A stretch of 64,000 nt of DNA. Source: Candidatus Fermentibacterota bacterium (GTDB lineage: Bacteria > Fermentibacterota > Fermentibacteria > Fermentibacterales > JCC-6). The position numbers and the translations under genes were made by a program. The stretch spans positions 384,001 through 448,000 of the forward strand of contig CAWJQI010000005.1 in NCBI GenBank assembly GCA_963845085.1, read 5' to 3'. Below, piece by piece: positions 9,569-19,793 of this stretch (the first letter of the stretch is position 1; every line of letters begins with the position of its first letter). The notes under the pieces are model-generated. The model searched no databases. It saw only the letters and a program-made list of their open reading frames with translations, and was not told the origin of the DNA.

Positions 9569-10952
9569 CCCTTTCCCCCTCCTCGACGGCCTTCAGCATC
9601 GTCCCGGCCCTCTCGCGCGCAGCTGGTGGCATCCCATCAAGAAAACCTTTCAGGCACTCAAGCCCGACCATTCTGGTGCCCGGTTCAGCGTAGTCCAGAA
9701 GGTACTCGAGAAATGTGCTTGCAGCGTTGGGGTCGCAGTGCATCCTGATGTCGCCCGGTTTCGCCAGGTCCATGAAATCCCTGCCGGTCCTGCCCAGACG
9801 GTAACAGCCCGTACAGAAGCTGGGCACGTAACCCATCGAGGCGACATCCCTGATGACCGCATCGAGTGGACGGTGATCACCGAGGCTGAACTGGCTTCCG
9901 TCCTCCTCATGCTCGATTTCCGCATATCCACCGGGGTTTGTCCTGCTTCCCGCGGAAATCTGGCTGACACCGAGGGCGAAGGTTTCACGGCGCATTCCGG
10001 GGGTTTCCCGGGTTGACATGATTATGCCTGTGTAGGGCACCGAAAGCCTCAGTATGGCAACTATTTTGCGAAAGTCGGTGTCGGAGACGGCATGGGGCGG
10101 GTGGGCGGCTATGTCCGAACCGGTTGCCGGTTCCAGCCTGGGGACGCTGATCGTGTGGGGACCGATCCCGTGGCGGTCTTCGAGGTGACGGATGTGCTGA
10201 AAGAGCGCCTGAAGCTCCCAGCGCCAGTCGCTCAGTCCGAAGAGAACACCGATGCCCACATCATCGATCCCTGCCTCCATCGCCCTGTCGATCGCGGTGA
10301 TGCGCCAGGCGTAATCCTTCTTCCTGCCCCCGACATGCACCCTGCGGTACGCATCCGGATTGTAGGTCTCCTGAAAAAGCTGATATGTGCCGATGCCGGT
10401 TTTCCTGAGCTCACTGAACTCGTCCAGGGAAAGGGGGGCAACGTTCACGTTTACCCTGCGTATCTCGCCCCTGCCGGACTTCACGCCGTACACGGTGGCA
10501 ATGCTCTTGAGAACGTAGCTGAACCCCTCTCTGGGGTAGGATTCACCAGCCACGAGAAGCACCCTTTTGTGCCCCTGGTCTACAAGAATGCGGGTTTCCC
10601 GTGCAATCTCATCCTGCGTGAGGGCCCGCCTGACCACCTCCGGATTTGAGGCCCGGAACGCGCAGTAAAGGCACTCATTCCCGCAGAGGTTGGAAATGTA
10701 AAGAGGTGCGAATATGACGAGTCGTTTCCCGTAAATCGTTTCCTTGACCTTTTTTGCCGCATCGAAAAGCTCATCGAGCAAGGCAGGGTCATCGACCACT
10801 GCCAGCGAGGCGGCATCTTCGGGCGGAAGCCCCTTCATTTCCATGGCTCTGGCAAGAACCTCCCTGAATCTCGCAGCGTCGGTTCCGACGCTCCGGGCCA
10901 GGAGGGCGTCGATCCGTTCGGGATCGATTATGGGATACAGGGCGGAATCCAT
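9555..10952 (-). CDS. hydG: [FeFe]-hydrogenase radical SAM maturase HydG
   Basis: CGNECLYC, GTYQLFQETY, GPHTISVPR, C-terminal CX2CX22C. Confidence 0.95.
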   Translation of the reverse strand: MDSALYPIIDPERIDALLARSVGTDAARFREVLARAMEMKGLPPEDAASLAVVDDPALLDELFDAAKKVKETIYGKRLVIFAPLYISNLCGNECLYCAFRASNPEVVRRALTQDEIARETRILVDQGHKRVLLVAGESYPREGFSYVLKSIATVYGVKSGRGEIRRVNVNVAPLSLDEFSELRKTGIGTYQLFQETYNPDAYRRVHVGGRKKDYAWRITAIDRAMEAGIDDVGIGVLFGLSDWRWELQALFQHIRHLEDRHGIGPHTISVPRLEPATGSDIAAHPPHAVSDTDFRKIVAILRLSVPYTGIIMSTRETPGMRRETFALGVSQISAGSRTNPGGYAEIEHEEDGSQFSLGDHRPLDAVIRDVASMGYVPSFCTGCYRLGRTGRDFMDLAKPGDIRMHCDPNAASTFLEYLLDYAEPGTRMVGLECLKGFLDGMPPAARERAGTMLKAVEEGERDVYC

Positions 10953-11017
10953 TTACGCATCTCCATTCAGCCGACAGGAGGACAGGACACTCACGGGAAA
11001 TATAGTAATTATTCTCG

Positions 11018-12220
11018 TTAAGGCTGGGCGCAGCGATGCCGGAAGGCAGCGGCGAAAATGCCGTCCACTCGGGATTCAGGAGGAAAGGAGACCATCATGC
11101 CGTCTTTTGCAAGGAGATCAGGCACATCGAGCGAAAGATGCTCAAAGCCGTTGTGCCCCTTCAGGAAACGTTCGGCCTGCATTTCGTTCTCCTCGAACTC
11201 CAGGCTGCAGGTGCTGTAGAACAGGATCCCGCCCGGCTCGACCAGATCGGCAGCGCTCGAAAGCAGTGATGCCTGGATCTCTGAAAGGCCGGCCAGCGAC
11301 TCTGACGACCACCGCCATCTTGCCCCGGGCCTTCTTCGAAGAACACCGGTGTTCGAGCAGGGCGCATCAACGAAGACCTTCCGGAACCTGCCTTTGAACG
11401 GCGGTATGACACCGTCCGCCACGACCGGATGTGCGTGGGTCCAGCCAAGCCTTTCGCGGTTCTCGAGCCATTTTGTCATTCTGCCCGGCGAGCGGTCGAG
11501 GCTGACCGTGAATGACCCCTGCTGGTGCGCGGTCTTCCCGCCGGGGGCCGCCCCCAGCTCGAGGGCGGTCCCGCCTGGCAACGCGGCAAAGACCCTTGCC
11601 GCGATCGCGGCCGCCTCGTCCTGAACGAAGACGTCGGGAGGTGGAAGCGGTACGCCCCTGTCGAAAACCCTGTACGCTTCAAGGAACTGCCCGGGGGCCC
11701 CCGGAGGGGGCGCTCCAAATGCGAAGCCTCCCAGAGTCGGCGGTTCGTTGTTCCAACTGAGAAGCGCTTCCGTGCGCTCCGTTCCGAAACGGTCAAGCCA
11801 TCTCCGCACGAGCCCGGGAGGGTGCGACCATCTGATGTGCAGGGGAAGGCCGGGCTCCTCCCCTTCCGAAGCCAGCCTTCGCAGAACAGCGTTCACAAGT
11901 CCCCGTGCGCCGGGATTCGCCGCGAGTCCAACCGTTTCCGAGACCGCGGCGTGTACCGGTGTTTCCAGAACGAGAAGCTGAACGGCGCCCAGACGCAGGA
12001 CGGCAAGAGTGCGCTCGTCGAGGCTCCGAAGGGGTTTCGAAAGAAAACGGGCCAGTGCGTTGTCAAGCCTGGCCCGCCAGATCGTTGTTTCCCTCTGAAG
12101 CCTCAGTGCGAATGCGGCGTCGCGGGATGAGAGCCCATTTGCGCCGCCGCGGTTTCCCAGAAGAGCTTCGAGGGCTGTTCTCCTGGGATCGGGGCTAGCG
12201 GCAGCCCGCGAGGTTCTCAA
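11018..12220 (-). CDS. rsmB: 16S rRNA m5C967 methyltransferase RsmB/Sun (NusB-like N-terminus)
   Basis: AAVSETV, LVNAVLR, VQDEAA, AAPGGKT, DAPCSNTG, YSTCS; probable TTG start at 12220. Confidence 0.85.
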   Translation of the reverse strand: MRTSRAAASPDPRRTALEALLGNRGGANGLSSRDAAFALRLQRETTIWRARLDNALARFLSKPLRSLDERTLAVLRLGAVQLLVLETPVHAAVSETVGLAANPGARGLVNAVLRRLASEGEEPGLPLHIRWSHPPGLVRRWLDRFGTERTEALLSWNNEPPTLGGFAFGAPPPGAPGQFLEAYRVFDRGVPLPPPDVFVQDEAAAIAARVFAALPGGTALELGAAPGGKTAHQQGSFTVSLDRSPGRMTKWLENRERLGWTHAHPVVADGVIPPFKGRFRKVFVDAPCSNTGVLRRRPGARWRWSSESLAGLSEIQASLLSSAADLVEPGGILFYSTCSLEFEENEMQAERFLKGHNGFEHLSLDVPDLLAKDGMMVSFPPESRVDGIFAAAFRHRCAQP

Positions 12221-12446
12221 CCTTCTCGAGGTCGGGGAAGACGACCCTGAGGTTTTTCTCAACACCGTGCTGAAGGGTGAGCGCGGCAAAGGCGCAGCCG
12301 CTGCAGGCGCCCTGGAGCTCCACCTTCACGGTCCGTCCGTCAAGTGCAACAAAACGGATGTCGCCGCCGTCGCCCTGAAGCATGGGCCTGATCTTCTCCA
12401 GCTCGGCGATGACATTCTCTTCGGTAAGGGGAAGTGTGCCTGACAT
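12195..12446 (-). CDS. NifU/NfuA C-terminal domain Fe-S scaffold/carrier
   Basis: [20 protein letters not shown]. Confidence 0.9.
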   Translation of the reverse strand: MSGTLPLTEENVIAELEKIRPMLQGDGGDIRFVALDGRTVKVELQGACSGCAFAALTLQHGVEKNLRVVFPDLEKVENLAGCR

Positions 12447-12459
12447 TTTCAGTCCTTTC

Positions 12460-14535
12460 TCAGTTCACCTGGGCGAGCACCAGGGATACGATGGTCATCA
12501 GCTTGATAAGAATATTGAGCGAGGGACCGCTCGTGTCCTTGAAGGGGTCACCGACCGTATCGCAGATGACTGCAGACTGGTGGTTCGAGGATCCCTTTCC
12601 TCCGTTGTGCCCCTCCTCGATGTACTTCTTGGCGTTGTCCCATGCACCTCCGGAGTTGCTCATGAAAACCGCGAGAAGCACTCCCGTCACAATGGCCCCC
12701 GCAAGAAGGCCTCCGAGGGTCGCGGGCCCGTTCTCGCCGAAACCGAGGAAGACCGCCACAGGTACGGCCACGGCCAGCAGCCCCGGCAGGATCATCTCGG
12801 TGAGTGCAGCCCTCGTTGCAATGTCTATACATTTTTCGTTGTCAGGTTCCGCGCTGCCTTCCATGAGCCCTTTTATCTCGTGGAACTGCCTTCTTACCTC
12901 GGTGACCATCTTCATGGCCGCCCTGCCGACCGACCGGAGCGTTATCGAGGCGAAAAGAAACGGCAGAAGACCCCCCACGAGCAATCCGGAAACGACGTAC
13001 GGATCCAGCAGGTCGATCGTTGAAAGGCCGGCAGCCTGCGCATAGGCCGTGAACAGCGCAAGGGCGGTGAGGGCGGCGCTGCCGATGGCGAAACCTTTGC
13101 CCATCGCAGCGGTTGTGTTCCCCAGTGCGTCGAGTTTATCGGTCCGGCGCCGAACCTCTTCGGAAAGCCCTGCCATGCTTGCGATACCGCCCGCGTTGTC
13201 GGCCACCGGACCGTAGGCGTCGACCGACATGGTCATCCCCACGTTCATGAGCATTCCGAGCGCGGCGATTGCAATGCCGTATATACCGGCAAGGCTGTGA
13301 CTTACAATGACAGCAGCGGCAATGAGGAGCATCGGGATCAGGGCGGATTCCATTCCCACGGCTATTCCCTCGATGACGGTCGTGGCGGTTCCCGTTCCGG
13401 TGGCTTCGGCGATCTTTCTCACGGGTCGTGAACTCGTGAAGTACTCTGTGACAAGGCCGATGCAGGTTCCGACAACCACTCCGCAGGTCATCGCCCAGAA
13501 AACGCCCGTCCCAAGCCCTGACCGACTGATGAAGAGCCAGCCCAGGATGATGCTCAGTGCGGCGCTCAGGAAGGTGCCGTTTCTGAGAACGGAGTGGGGG
13601 GATGTTCTTCTCTGGAGCCTGACGAACAACGCCCCGACAAGGCTTGCCATGGTTCCCAGCGCTGCGAGTATCAACGGGAGCGCGATGAGGGTCTGCCTCC
13701 CGAGGTGCAGCCCGTCATGTCCGGCAAGGGAGAAGAGGCTTGAAACCGCTGCCGACGGAAGGCTGATGGCCAGTACGATGGCAGCAATGATGCAACCCAC
13801 GTACGACTCGAACAGGTCGGCGCCCATTCCGGCTACGTCTCCCACGTTGTCGCCGACATTGTCGGCAATGACCGCCGGGTTTCTGGGGTCGTCTTCAGGA
13901 ATGCCCGCCTCGAGCTTTCCGACGAGGTCAGCGCCGACGTCTGCGCTCTTGGTAAAGATTCCCCCGCCCACTCTGGCAAAGAGGGCTATGCTGCTGGCCC
14001 CCATTCCGAAACCTGCCACACTCTCGAGTGTGACTTCGATCCCGAGAATGGCCGACATGACGAGCCGGATCGAATCGATGTCATGGAAGCAGAGGTAGAA
14101 GGCGCTTACACCGAGAAGGCCCAGACCGGCGACTGCAAAACCCATCACGCTCCCGGAACTGAACGCTGCGGCAAGCGCTCCCGAAAGGCTCTCGCGGGCA
14201 GCATTGGCCGTTCTAACGTTCCCCGTCGTGGCGGCCTTCATGCCCACGTACCCGGCCAGCATGCTGAGAAGCGCGCCGGCGATGAAAGCCACGGAGGTGG
14301 CCCTGTTGACGAACAGAAAAAGCAGGGCGGAAACGACGAGAACGAAAACGAGAAGGATCCGGTACTGCGTCTTGAGATAAGCCATGGCGCCGGTGCTTAT
14401 GAAACCGGCTATCCGCTGCATGAGTTCGTTGCCCGGAGAACACTTTTTCAGCCCGGAATAGACCAGCAGGGCTGCGAAAAGCGTAAGAACGGCCACCGCA
14501 GGTGCCAGAAGGGTAAACATTGCGCCAGCCTGCAT
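12460..14535 (-). CDS. hppA: Membrane-bound K+-dependent, probably Na+-translocating pyrophosphatase
   Basis: [36 protein letters not shown] (Ala = K+-dependent), [13 protein letters not shown]. Confidence 0.93.
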   Translation of the reverse strand: MQAGAMFTLLAPAVAVLTLFAALLVYSGLKKCSPGNELMQRIAGFISTGAMAYLKTQYRILLVFVLVVSALLFLFVNRATSVAFIAGALLSMLAGYVGMKAATTGNVRTANAARESLSGALAAAFSSGSVMGFAVAGLGLLGVSAFYLCFHDIDSIRLVMSAILGIEVTLESVAGFGMGASSIALFARVGGGIFTKSADVGADLVGKLEAGIPEDDPRNPAVIADNVGDNVGDVAGMGADLFESYVGCIIAAIVLAISLPSAAVSSLFSLAGHDGLHLGRQTLIALPLILAALGTMASLVGALFVRLQRRTSPHSVLRNGTFLSAALSIILGWLFISRSGLGTGVFWAMTCGVVVGTCIGLVTEYFTSSRPVRKIAEATGTGTATTVIEGIAVGMESALIPMLLIAAAVIVSHSLAGIYGIAIAALGMLMNVGMTMSVDAYGPVADNAGGIASMAGLSEEVRRRTDKLDALGNTTAAMGKGFAIGSAALTALALFTAYAQAAGLSTIDLLDPYVVSGLLVGGLLPFLFASITLRSVGRAAMKMVTEVRRQFHEIKGLMEGSAEPDNEKCIDIATRAALTEMILPGLLAVAVPVAVFLGFGENGPATLGGLLAGAIVTGVLLAVFMSNSGGAWDNAKKYIEEGHNGGKGSSNHQSAVICDTVGDPFKDTSGPSLNILIKLMTIVSLVLAQVN

Positions 14536-14593
14536 TCAAACCTCCGGGAATCAGAACACGGTTTTCAGACCCGAAAAGCCACGGATTTCTAAC

Positions 14594-16153
14594 CTAATGC
14601 CATTCCCGGGTCAAGCTGTTGAGGGCCTGTCGCGATGGTTCGTGGGACGGGTTCCACTCCAGGGCCTTCCCGAACCAGAACCCGGCCTGTTCCGCCATGT
14701 GGTCCTCGAGGGCCATGACCCCGAGGTTGTACAGCGCATCGGTGCCGTTCAGATCGATCCCGTCGGTCCGGGATGAGGCCCTTTCCCATGCTTCCATGAA
14801 AAGCGCACGGGCTTCCGCCCTGTTCCCTGCGGTGTAATTGGCCATCCCGTCGTGAAAGGGCATGTTCACTCCGCTTGTTTCGACGGTGCGGGCGGTGAGG
14901 AGGGCAAGACCGATGCCCAGTGCCGCCCCGAGCGGAGCGAGAAGGAGGCCCGTCCCGGGCTTTCTCTGGAACCTCGGGACCAGAAACAGCAGTGCAAAGG
15001 GCACGAGGGGAAGCCTGAACCTCGCGGTGATGAAGAACGGCATCAGCCCCGCAGCGAGCGTTGCCAGCCACCAGAGGGCTCTCTTCTCGGACTCGGTCGG
15101 CCGCCCGGCAAGCAGCGCTCCCGGCAGAAGGATCCATACCAGAAGGCCGGGAAAGGGCGCTGGCGGGCCGGAGATAAGAAACCCCGCAAGGGGTGACAGG
15201 CCTTCAATGTAGTACACGTCATAGTTGCACGGGATCTCCACGGGGCTGAGCAGAAAGGCTGCCTTTACGGCAAGAAGCCGCAGAAAACCAAGCGGATTCC
15301 CCGCCACGTGACCGAGCGTGCGGTTTGTCCACCAGGAGGAGACCGAGGATGGCGACGTTCCTTCCGGAAGGGGGGCAAGGCTTGCAGCCCATACGTTGTC
15401 GATGTAGGGCATCCCTCCGGCGGGCGTTCTTCCTCCCGGCGGGGCGAAGGCGGTCACCCCGTCCGCCTCGGGGCCGGAGCCGATGTAGAAGTTGATGCCT
15501 CCCTGGCTTGAGACAACAGTCGACGGGTCGCCGTAAAACGCATTCACAGCCCACAATGCGGCGACCGGGATGCACCAGGCCAGGCATGACACCACCCTCG
15601 GCCTGAACAAAAGGATGCTCACCGGCAGGAGAAGAACGGCTCCGGGACGAGCGATGCACGCGAAACCGAGGAGGAACCAGGGACCGGGCGAGCCGGGTCT
15701 GCGGGAGAGGGCGAGGAACGACGCCAAAAGCAGAAGGATGTAAACCGGCTCGATAAGCATGAAACCGGAATAGACAAGTGCGGTGCCCCACAGAGCCCAG
15801 ACGGTTGAGAGGACGAAGGCCGCGCCCCTCGAGGCCGACTTCAGTGCCGTGCGGTGAAGCAGGACCGCAGAAAACGCGCCTGCGGCCATGGAAAGGAATG
15901 CGCCTGTTGCAGCGCCCGAACCGAAAAGCGCGAACCACCCGCCAAGAAGCCATGGGTAGAGAGGTGCCCTGAAGTAGGGGGCGTATATGAAAACGTCGCC
16001 TTCCGAGACGGCATTCGCCCACAGCATGTGCCATTGTGCGTCGACCACAGGGTAGTTGCCGAGCGGTGTTGACAGCACGGGCAGGTTGACCCCGGCCCAG
16101 GCGGCGAGAAAGACAAGCAGCACCAGCAGGGTATCGCCGATGTGGTTTTTCAT
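14594..16153 (-). CDS. GT-C fold (GT39/PMT/ArnT-like) membrane glycosyltransferase with C-terminal TPR
   Basis: Periplasmic D (VDAQWH), APLYPW, many TM helices, GGINFYIG, ARFRLP; TPR-like tail (ALYNLG..KALEWNP). Confidence 0.7.
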   Translation of the reverse strand: MKNHIGDTLLVLLVFLAAWAGVNLPVLSTPLGNYPVVDAQWHMLWANAVSEGDVFIYAPYFRAPLYPWLLGGWFALFGSGAATGAFLSMAAGAFSAVLLHRTALKSASRGAAFVLSTVWALWGTALVYSGFMLIEPVYILLLLASFLALSRRPGSPGPWFLLGFACIARPGAVLLLPVSILLFRPRVVSCLAWCIPVAALWAVNAFYGDPSTVVSSQGGINFYIGSGPEADGVTAFAPPGGRTPAGGMPYIDNVWAASLAPLPEGTSPSSVSSWWTNRTLGHVAGNPLGFLRLLAVKAAFLLSPVEIPCNYDVYYIEGLSPLAGFLISGPPAPFPGLLVWILLPGALLAGRPTESEKRALWWLATLAAGLMPFFITARFRLPLVPFALLFLVPRFQRKPGTGLLLAPLGAALGIGLALLTARTVETSGVNMPFHDGMANYTAGNRAEARALFMEAWERASSRTDGIDLNGTDALYNLGVMALEDHMAEQAGFWFGKALEWNPSHEPSRQALNSLTREWH

Positions 16154-16605
16154 TCTCCAAGAATGGCTGAGGTTGAATGGCCGGCAAGCGTTGGGATTAT
16201 GACCACCTCGCGCACCAGCCCGCCCCCCACAACCTCTTCCGCACGGTAATCCCCCCCCTTGACGAGCACATGTGGCATGAGGGCCGCGATCAGTTCATAC
16301 GGGGTGTCTTCGGAAAAGGGGACGACGTAGTCAACGGAACGCAGCGAGGAAAGGACGGACGCCCTCGCCTCGAGCGTCTGGACAGGTCTGCCCGGGCCTT
16401 TGAGCCTTCGCACGGATTCGTCAGTGTTCAGCCCGACGAAAAGGAAGTCGCCAAGGGATGCAGCCCGCGAAAGCACGAGTACGTGCCCCGGGTGGATCAG
16501 GTCGAAGCAACCGTTCGTAAAGACAACACGGCATCCCGCGGCTTTGATCAGCGAGCAGCGCCTGACGGCCCCGGCTCTGTCGAGCACCCTGCCTCCTTCA
16601 CTCAC
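16150..16605 (-). CDS. rfaE2: D-glycero-beta-D-manno-heptose 1-phosphate adenylyltransferase (HldC/RfaE2)
   Basis: FTNGCFDLIHPGH, GLNTDESVRRLKG, LVKGGDY. Confidence 0.92.
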   Translation of the reverse strand: MSEGGRVLDRAGAVRRCSLIKAAGCRVVFTNGCFDLIHPGHVLVLSRAASLGDFLFVGLNTDESVRRLKGPGRPVQTLEARASVLSSLRSVDYVVPFSEDTPYELIAALMPHVLVKGGDYRAEEVVGGGLVREVVIIPTLAGHSTSAILGE

Positions 16606-17584
16606 TGAGCCGCGCCTCCCGCTGGATGTCTTCGGGGGTCACGGCGTAAACGCCCGGCTCGGCACACACTGCCGCAGCGGCGTAGTTGGCCATGACGGCG
16701 GCACGCATGGGAGGAACCCCCGATGCGTAGGCAAGCCCCATCACGGCGATAACTGCGTCGCCCGCCCCGGATACGTCGAACACATGCCTGGCGGCGGTTG
16801 ACTGAACAAGGGGCTCTGCGCCACCCCTGATGCTGAGAATCGAGCCGCCGGCACCCAGGGTGAGAAGCACCGCAAGTGCGCCCAGGGAATCCAGGATCGT
16901 TCCGCATGCGTCCTGAAGCTCAAGAGGTGTAGCGCCTTCAAGATCGCGGCCGAGAAGGGATGAAGCCTCGCGGATGTTCGGCTTGATCAGATCAACGCCC
17001 CTGTAGAGAGGAAAGTTCCTGTACTTGGGATCGGCAAGAACGGGTACGCCCCTGCTTCCGGCCTCCTCGATTATCCATGGGATGTTGAAATCGCCGAGGA
17101 ACCCCTTGTCGTAATCCTCGAACACGACGGCCCGGACTGTTTTCAACGCCTCGAGTATCCCCCGGTTTTCGGGGGAATTCCTGTCCCTGCGGCATGGAGC
17201 ACTTGACTCCCTGTCTATCCTGATCAGCTGGTGGCCCCTTGAGATGACCCTGGTCTTCCTGGTGGTGGGCCGGGTGCGGTCGGTGGAAACGCACGACACA
17301 TCCACACCCTTCCGCGACAGAAGGCCCTTGAGTATCCCGCCGTCCTGATCGTCGCCCACGACACCTGCGATCATCGGGCTGCCGCCGAGGGAGAGAACGT
17401 TGAGCGCCACGTTTGCAGCCCCTCCGGGCGCAAACCTTTCACCGCCGCCGTCAAGCGCCACGACCGGAACGGGCGCCTCCGGCGAGATCCTGTCAACCCT
17501 GCCCTCAAGATAGTGGTCGAGGACGAGATCCCCGAGCACCAGGACTCTGGCTCCCCTGAAAGCATGCAGTTCTTCGGTGTACAA
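16598..17584 (-). CDS. rfaE1: D-glycero-beta-D-manno-heptose 7-phosphate kinase (HldA/RfaE1, PfkB family)
   Basis: GDLVLD, RISPEAPVPV, GGAANVA, DVSGAGD; TTG at 17584 with GGAGG RBS. Confidence 0.9.
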   Translation of the reverse strand: MYTEELHAFRGARVLVLGDLVLDHYLEGRVDRISPEAPVPVVALDGGGERFAPGGAANVALNVLSLGGSPMIAGVVGDDQDGGILKGLLSRKGVDVSCVSTDRTRPTTRKTRVISRGHQLIRIDRESSAPCRRDRNSPENRGILEALKTVRAVVFEDYDKGFLGDFNIPWIIEEAGSRGVPVLADPKYRNFPLYRGVDLIKPNIREASSLLGRDLEGATPLELQDACGTILDSLGALAVLLTLGAGGSILSIRGGAEPLVQSTAARHVFDVSGAGDAVIAVMGLAYASGVPPMRAAVMANYAAAAVCAEPGVYAVTPEDIQREARLSE

Positions 17585-17661
17585 AAAGCCCTCCAAGCGG
17601 GTTGACCACGGCGGTACCGCAGTGCATAAGATACTGCTCATGTTTCCCACAGGAGGTAATA

Positions 17662-17976
17662 ATGCAAAACCAGCTTCCCCGCATCAACATCAGGGACGAA
17701 AAGGCATCGGGGGTCTACGCCAACATCGCGATCGTGAACACCTCCCAGGCGGAGTTCGTTCTGGATTTCGCCCGCATAATGCCGGGGCTTCCGGCGGCGG
17801 AACTGGAGTGCCGGGTGATAATGTCCCCCCACCGTATAAAGGGGCTGATCGGCGCGCTGAAAGCGCAGGTTGACCTCTACGAAAAAAGGTTCGGACCCCT
17901 GGAGGATTCGGTTGAGTCAGCAGGAGCAATCGGTTTTCAGGTCCCCCAGACCCCTGAAGTCAAGGCCGTCCAGTAG
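17662..17976 (+). CDS. DUF3467 family protein
   Basis: GVYAN..EFVLDF..RVIMSP..YEKRFG pattern; AGGAGG RBS. Confidence 0.8.
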   Translation: MQNQLPRINIRDEKASGVYANIAIVNTSQAEFVLDFARIMPGLPAAELECRVIMSPHRIKGLIGALKAQVDLYEKRFGPLEDSVESAGAIGFQVPQTPEVKAVQ

Positions 17977-17986
17977 TACTGTCGTG

Positions 17987-18628
17987 ATGTGGAGCCTCTC
18001 CCTGACAGTGGCTCTTTTCATCTGGATGTTCTCGATAAGAGGGGTCAGTTTTCTTGTAACCATTCCCGTCGGGGTTACTTACGTTACCGACGAGGGAACG
18101 GTTGCCCTCGGCACCCCGGCGGAAAGCGTGATGACCGTCGTTCAGGCCGACGGCCTCAACATGCTTGCATTCCAGCTGTTCGGACGGCCGAAGAACCTTG
18201 AGATGGTGGTGGACCTGACGGGTTTCCCGCCGGACAGCCCCGGGGTCATGAACCGGATCGTTTGTGACGGGTCCCTCATCAGAAGCATCCCGCTCTCGGT
18301 AAATCCCGTCGAGTTCAACCCGCCGGCTCTCGACATCGCCCTCGACCGGATGCATTACAGGGTTCTTCCCGTCTCAGTCGTCTCCGAACCCGCGCCCTCC
18401 AGGTACATGAGCGTCTCGCTCCGCCAGTCGCATGTCAGGGTGATGGGGCCGGCTTCAGTTCTTAACTCCATGGACAGCGTGTTCACCGAACCAGTATCCT
18501 CGACGGTGCGAATGGAGCAGCAGACAGCGCTGGCGCTTCCCGAAGGCGTCGAGTCCGAGGATGCAGCAGTGACGGCCAGACTTCGAAACCCCGTGCCTGT
18601 TGTTCCCGGAAACAGGAGGGCGTATTGA
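17987..18628 (+). CDS. YbbR/CdaR-like domain membrane-anchored protein (start uncertain)
   Basis: N-terminal TM (SLTVALFIW), beta-rich repeats, VRVMGPAS..SVFTEPV typical of YbbR. Confidence 0.55.
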   Translation: MWSLSLTVALFIWMFSIRGVSFLVTIPVGVTYVTDEGTVALGTPAESVMTVVQADGLNMLAFQLFGRPKNLEMVVDLTGFPPDSPGVMNRIVCDGSLIRSIPLSVNPVEFNPPALDIALDRMHYRVLPVSVVSEPAPSRYMSVSLRQSHVRVMGPASVLNSMDSVFTEPVSSTVRMEQQTALALPEGVESEDAAVTARLRNPVPVVPGNRRAY

Positions 18629-18654
18629 CACGGGTCGAAACTGGTCGGTAAATT
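18625..18654 (+). promoter_or_regulatory. Putative sigma70 promoter
   Basis: TTGACA-18 nt-TAAATT upstream of the ORF at 18713. Confidence 0.5.
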
Positions 18655-18712
18655 AGCAAGACTGTCAGCAACGCAACGATAACAGAAACACCAATCGGGG
18701 GGTTCTCAAACC

Positions 18713-19663
18713 ATGGGATCTAGAGTTCTTGTGAGGGTCATCATTGTTCTGCTTGCCGCGATTCTCATATTCCGGATCCACCAGCGTGTCGAAGCATACC
18801 GCATCCCCCGCGATGATTGCCGGGAAAACATGTACGCTCTGGCGAGGGCCAACGTCAATCACATGCTGGGAAACGAGGGGCTGTCTGCCCCCACGATCGA
18901 TTCACTGATCTCGTACGCCGGCCTTTCCGACTCGGTCGGTGTGTGCCCGACACTGTGGAACCAGGGCTACCACGATTCCACCTACTTCTTCGACCCGAAA
19001 CTGTCACTCGGCGCCCAGTTCGCCGTGTCATGCCCCAATCATGACAGGCACGGCGGCGTCATCGGAGGGCTGGTCGAGAAGGACTACCCCGATTCCCTGT
19101 TCTTCGAGGCGGACTGGATGCCCACGTTCGTCAGGGTGAGCTACCCCGAGTACGCTCTGCTCAGGCGCACCGAAGTCTCCCGCTCGCTGCTCGTAAGGGT
19201 CTGCGAGGAACAGGCGTCGTACATCTACAACAGGTACCCGGTCACCCTGCATCCGTCATCGATTGAAAACCTCGGGATCGAGATCGGCGAAAGCATCGAC
19301 CCCCTCGGCGGCGAATACGTCTTCGAGATCCTTCCCGACACGGTCTATACATTCTGGGAGAGGCCGAACTCCCGCGGGCAGTCGGTCAATGTTCAGACCT
19401 GGCGCTTCGTGGGGTATTCCACATCGAACCCCGATACCTCCAGGATCGAAATATTCTTCAAGCACCCGCTCCGCTTCCCCAGCCTTGCCGACGGGGCCCT
19501 CCCCGGCGACAGAGACCTTCTCACCATCGTCCGCTACTGGGACAGGTCCGAGCTGGGCACACTCAGGGTTGAGACCCGTGAGATGGACCTTCTTGACCAG
19601 CCGACATGGGTGTTCCTGATGGAAAACAGGGCCAGTCTCGAAGCGGTGCCGGAACCGATCTGA
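18713..19663 (+). CDS. Hypothetical exported protein with pilin/pseudopilin-like N-terminal region
   Basis: N-terminal hydrophobic helix, CRENM..CP..SCPNHDRHG cysteine pattern; long ORF with host-like codon use. Confidence 0.6.
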   Translation: MGSRVLVRVIIVLLAAILIFRIHQRVEAYRIPRDDCRENMYALARANVNHMLGNEGLSAPTIDSLISYAGLSDSVGVCPTLWNQGYHDSTYFFDPKLSLGAQFAVSCPNHDRHGGVIGGLVEKDYPDSLFFEADWMPTFVRVSYPEYALLRRTEVSRSLLVRVCEEQASYIYNRYPVTLHPSSIENLGIEIGESIDPLGGEYVFEILPDTVYTFWERPNSRGQSVNVQTWRFVGYSTSNPDTSRIEIFFKHPLRFPSLADGALPGDRDLLTIVRYWDRSELGTLRVETREMDLLDQPTWVFLMENRASLEAVPEPI

Positions 19664-19793
19664 CCGTTTGCGCGAACTTTTGAAGCGGGGGGAACCATTT
19701 CCTCCCGCTTCGCGTATATTCGGCATAATTCGCAGTGAATTACATGAACCCATTTCCATAGCAATTTCTGAAGCCCTCAGGAAAGGTGGCTTT

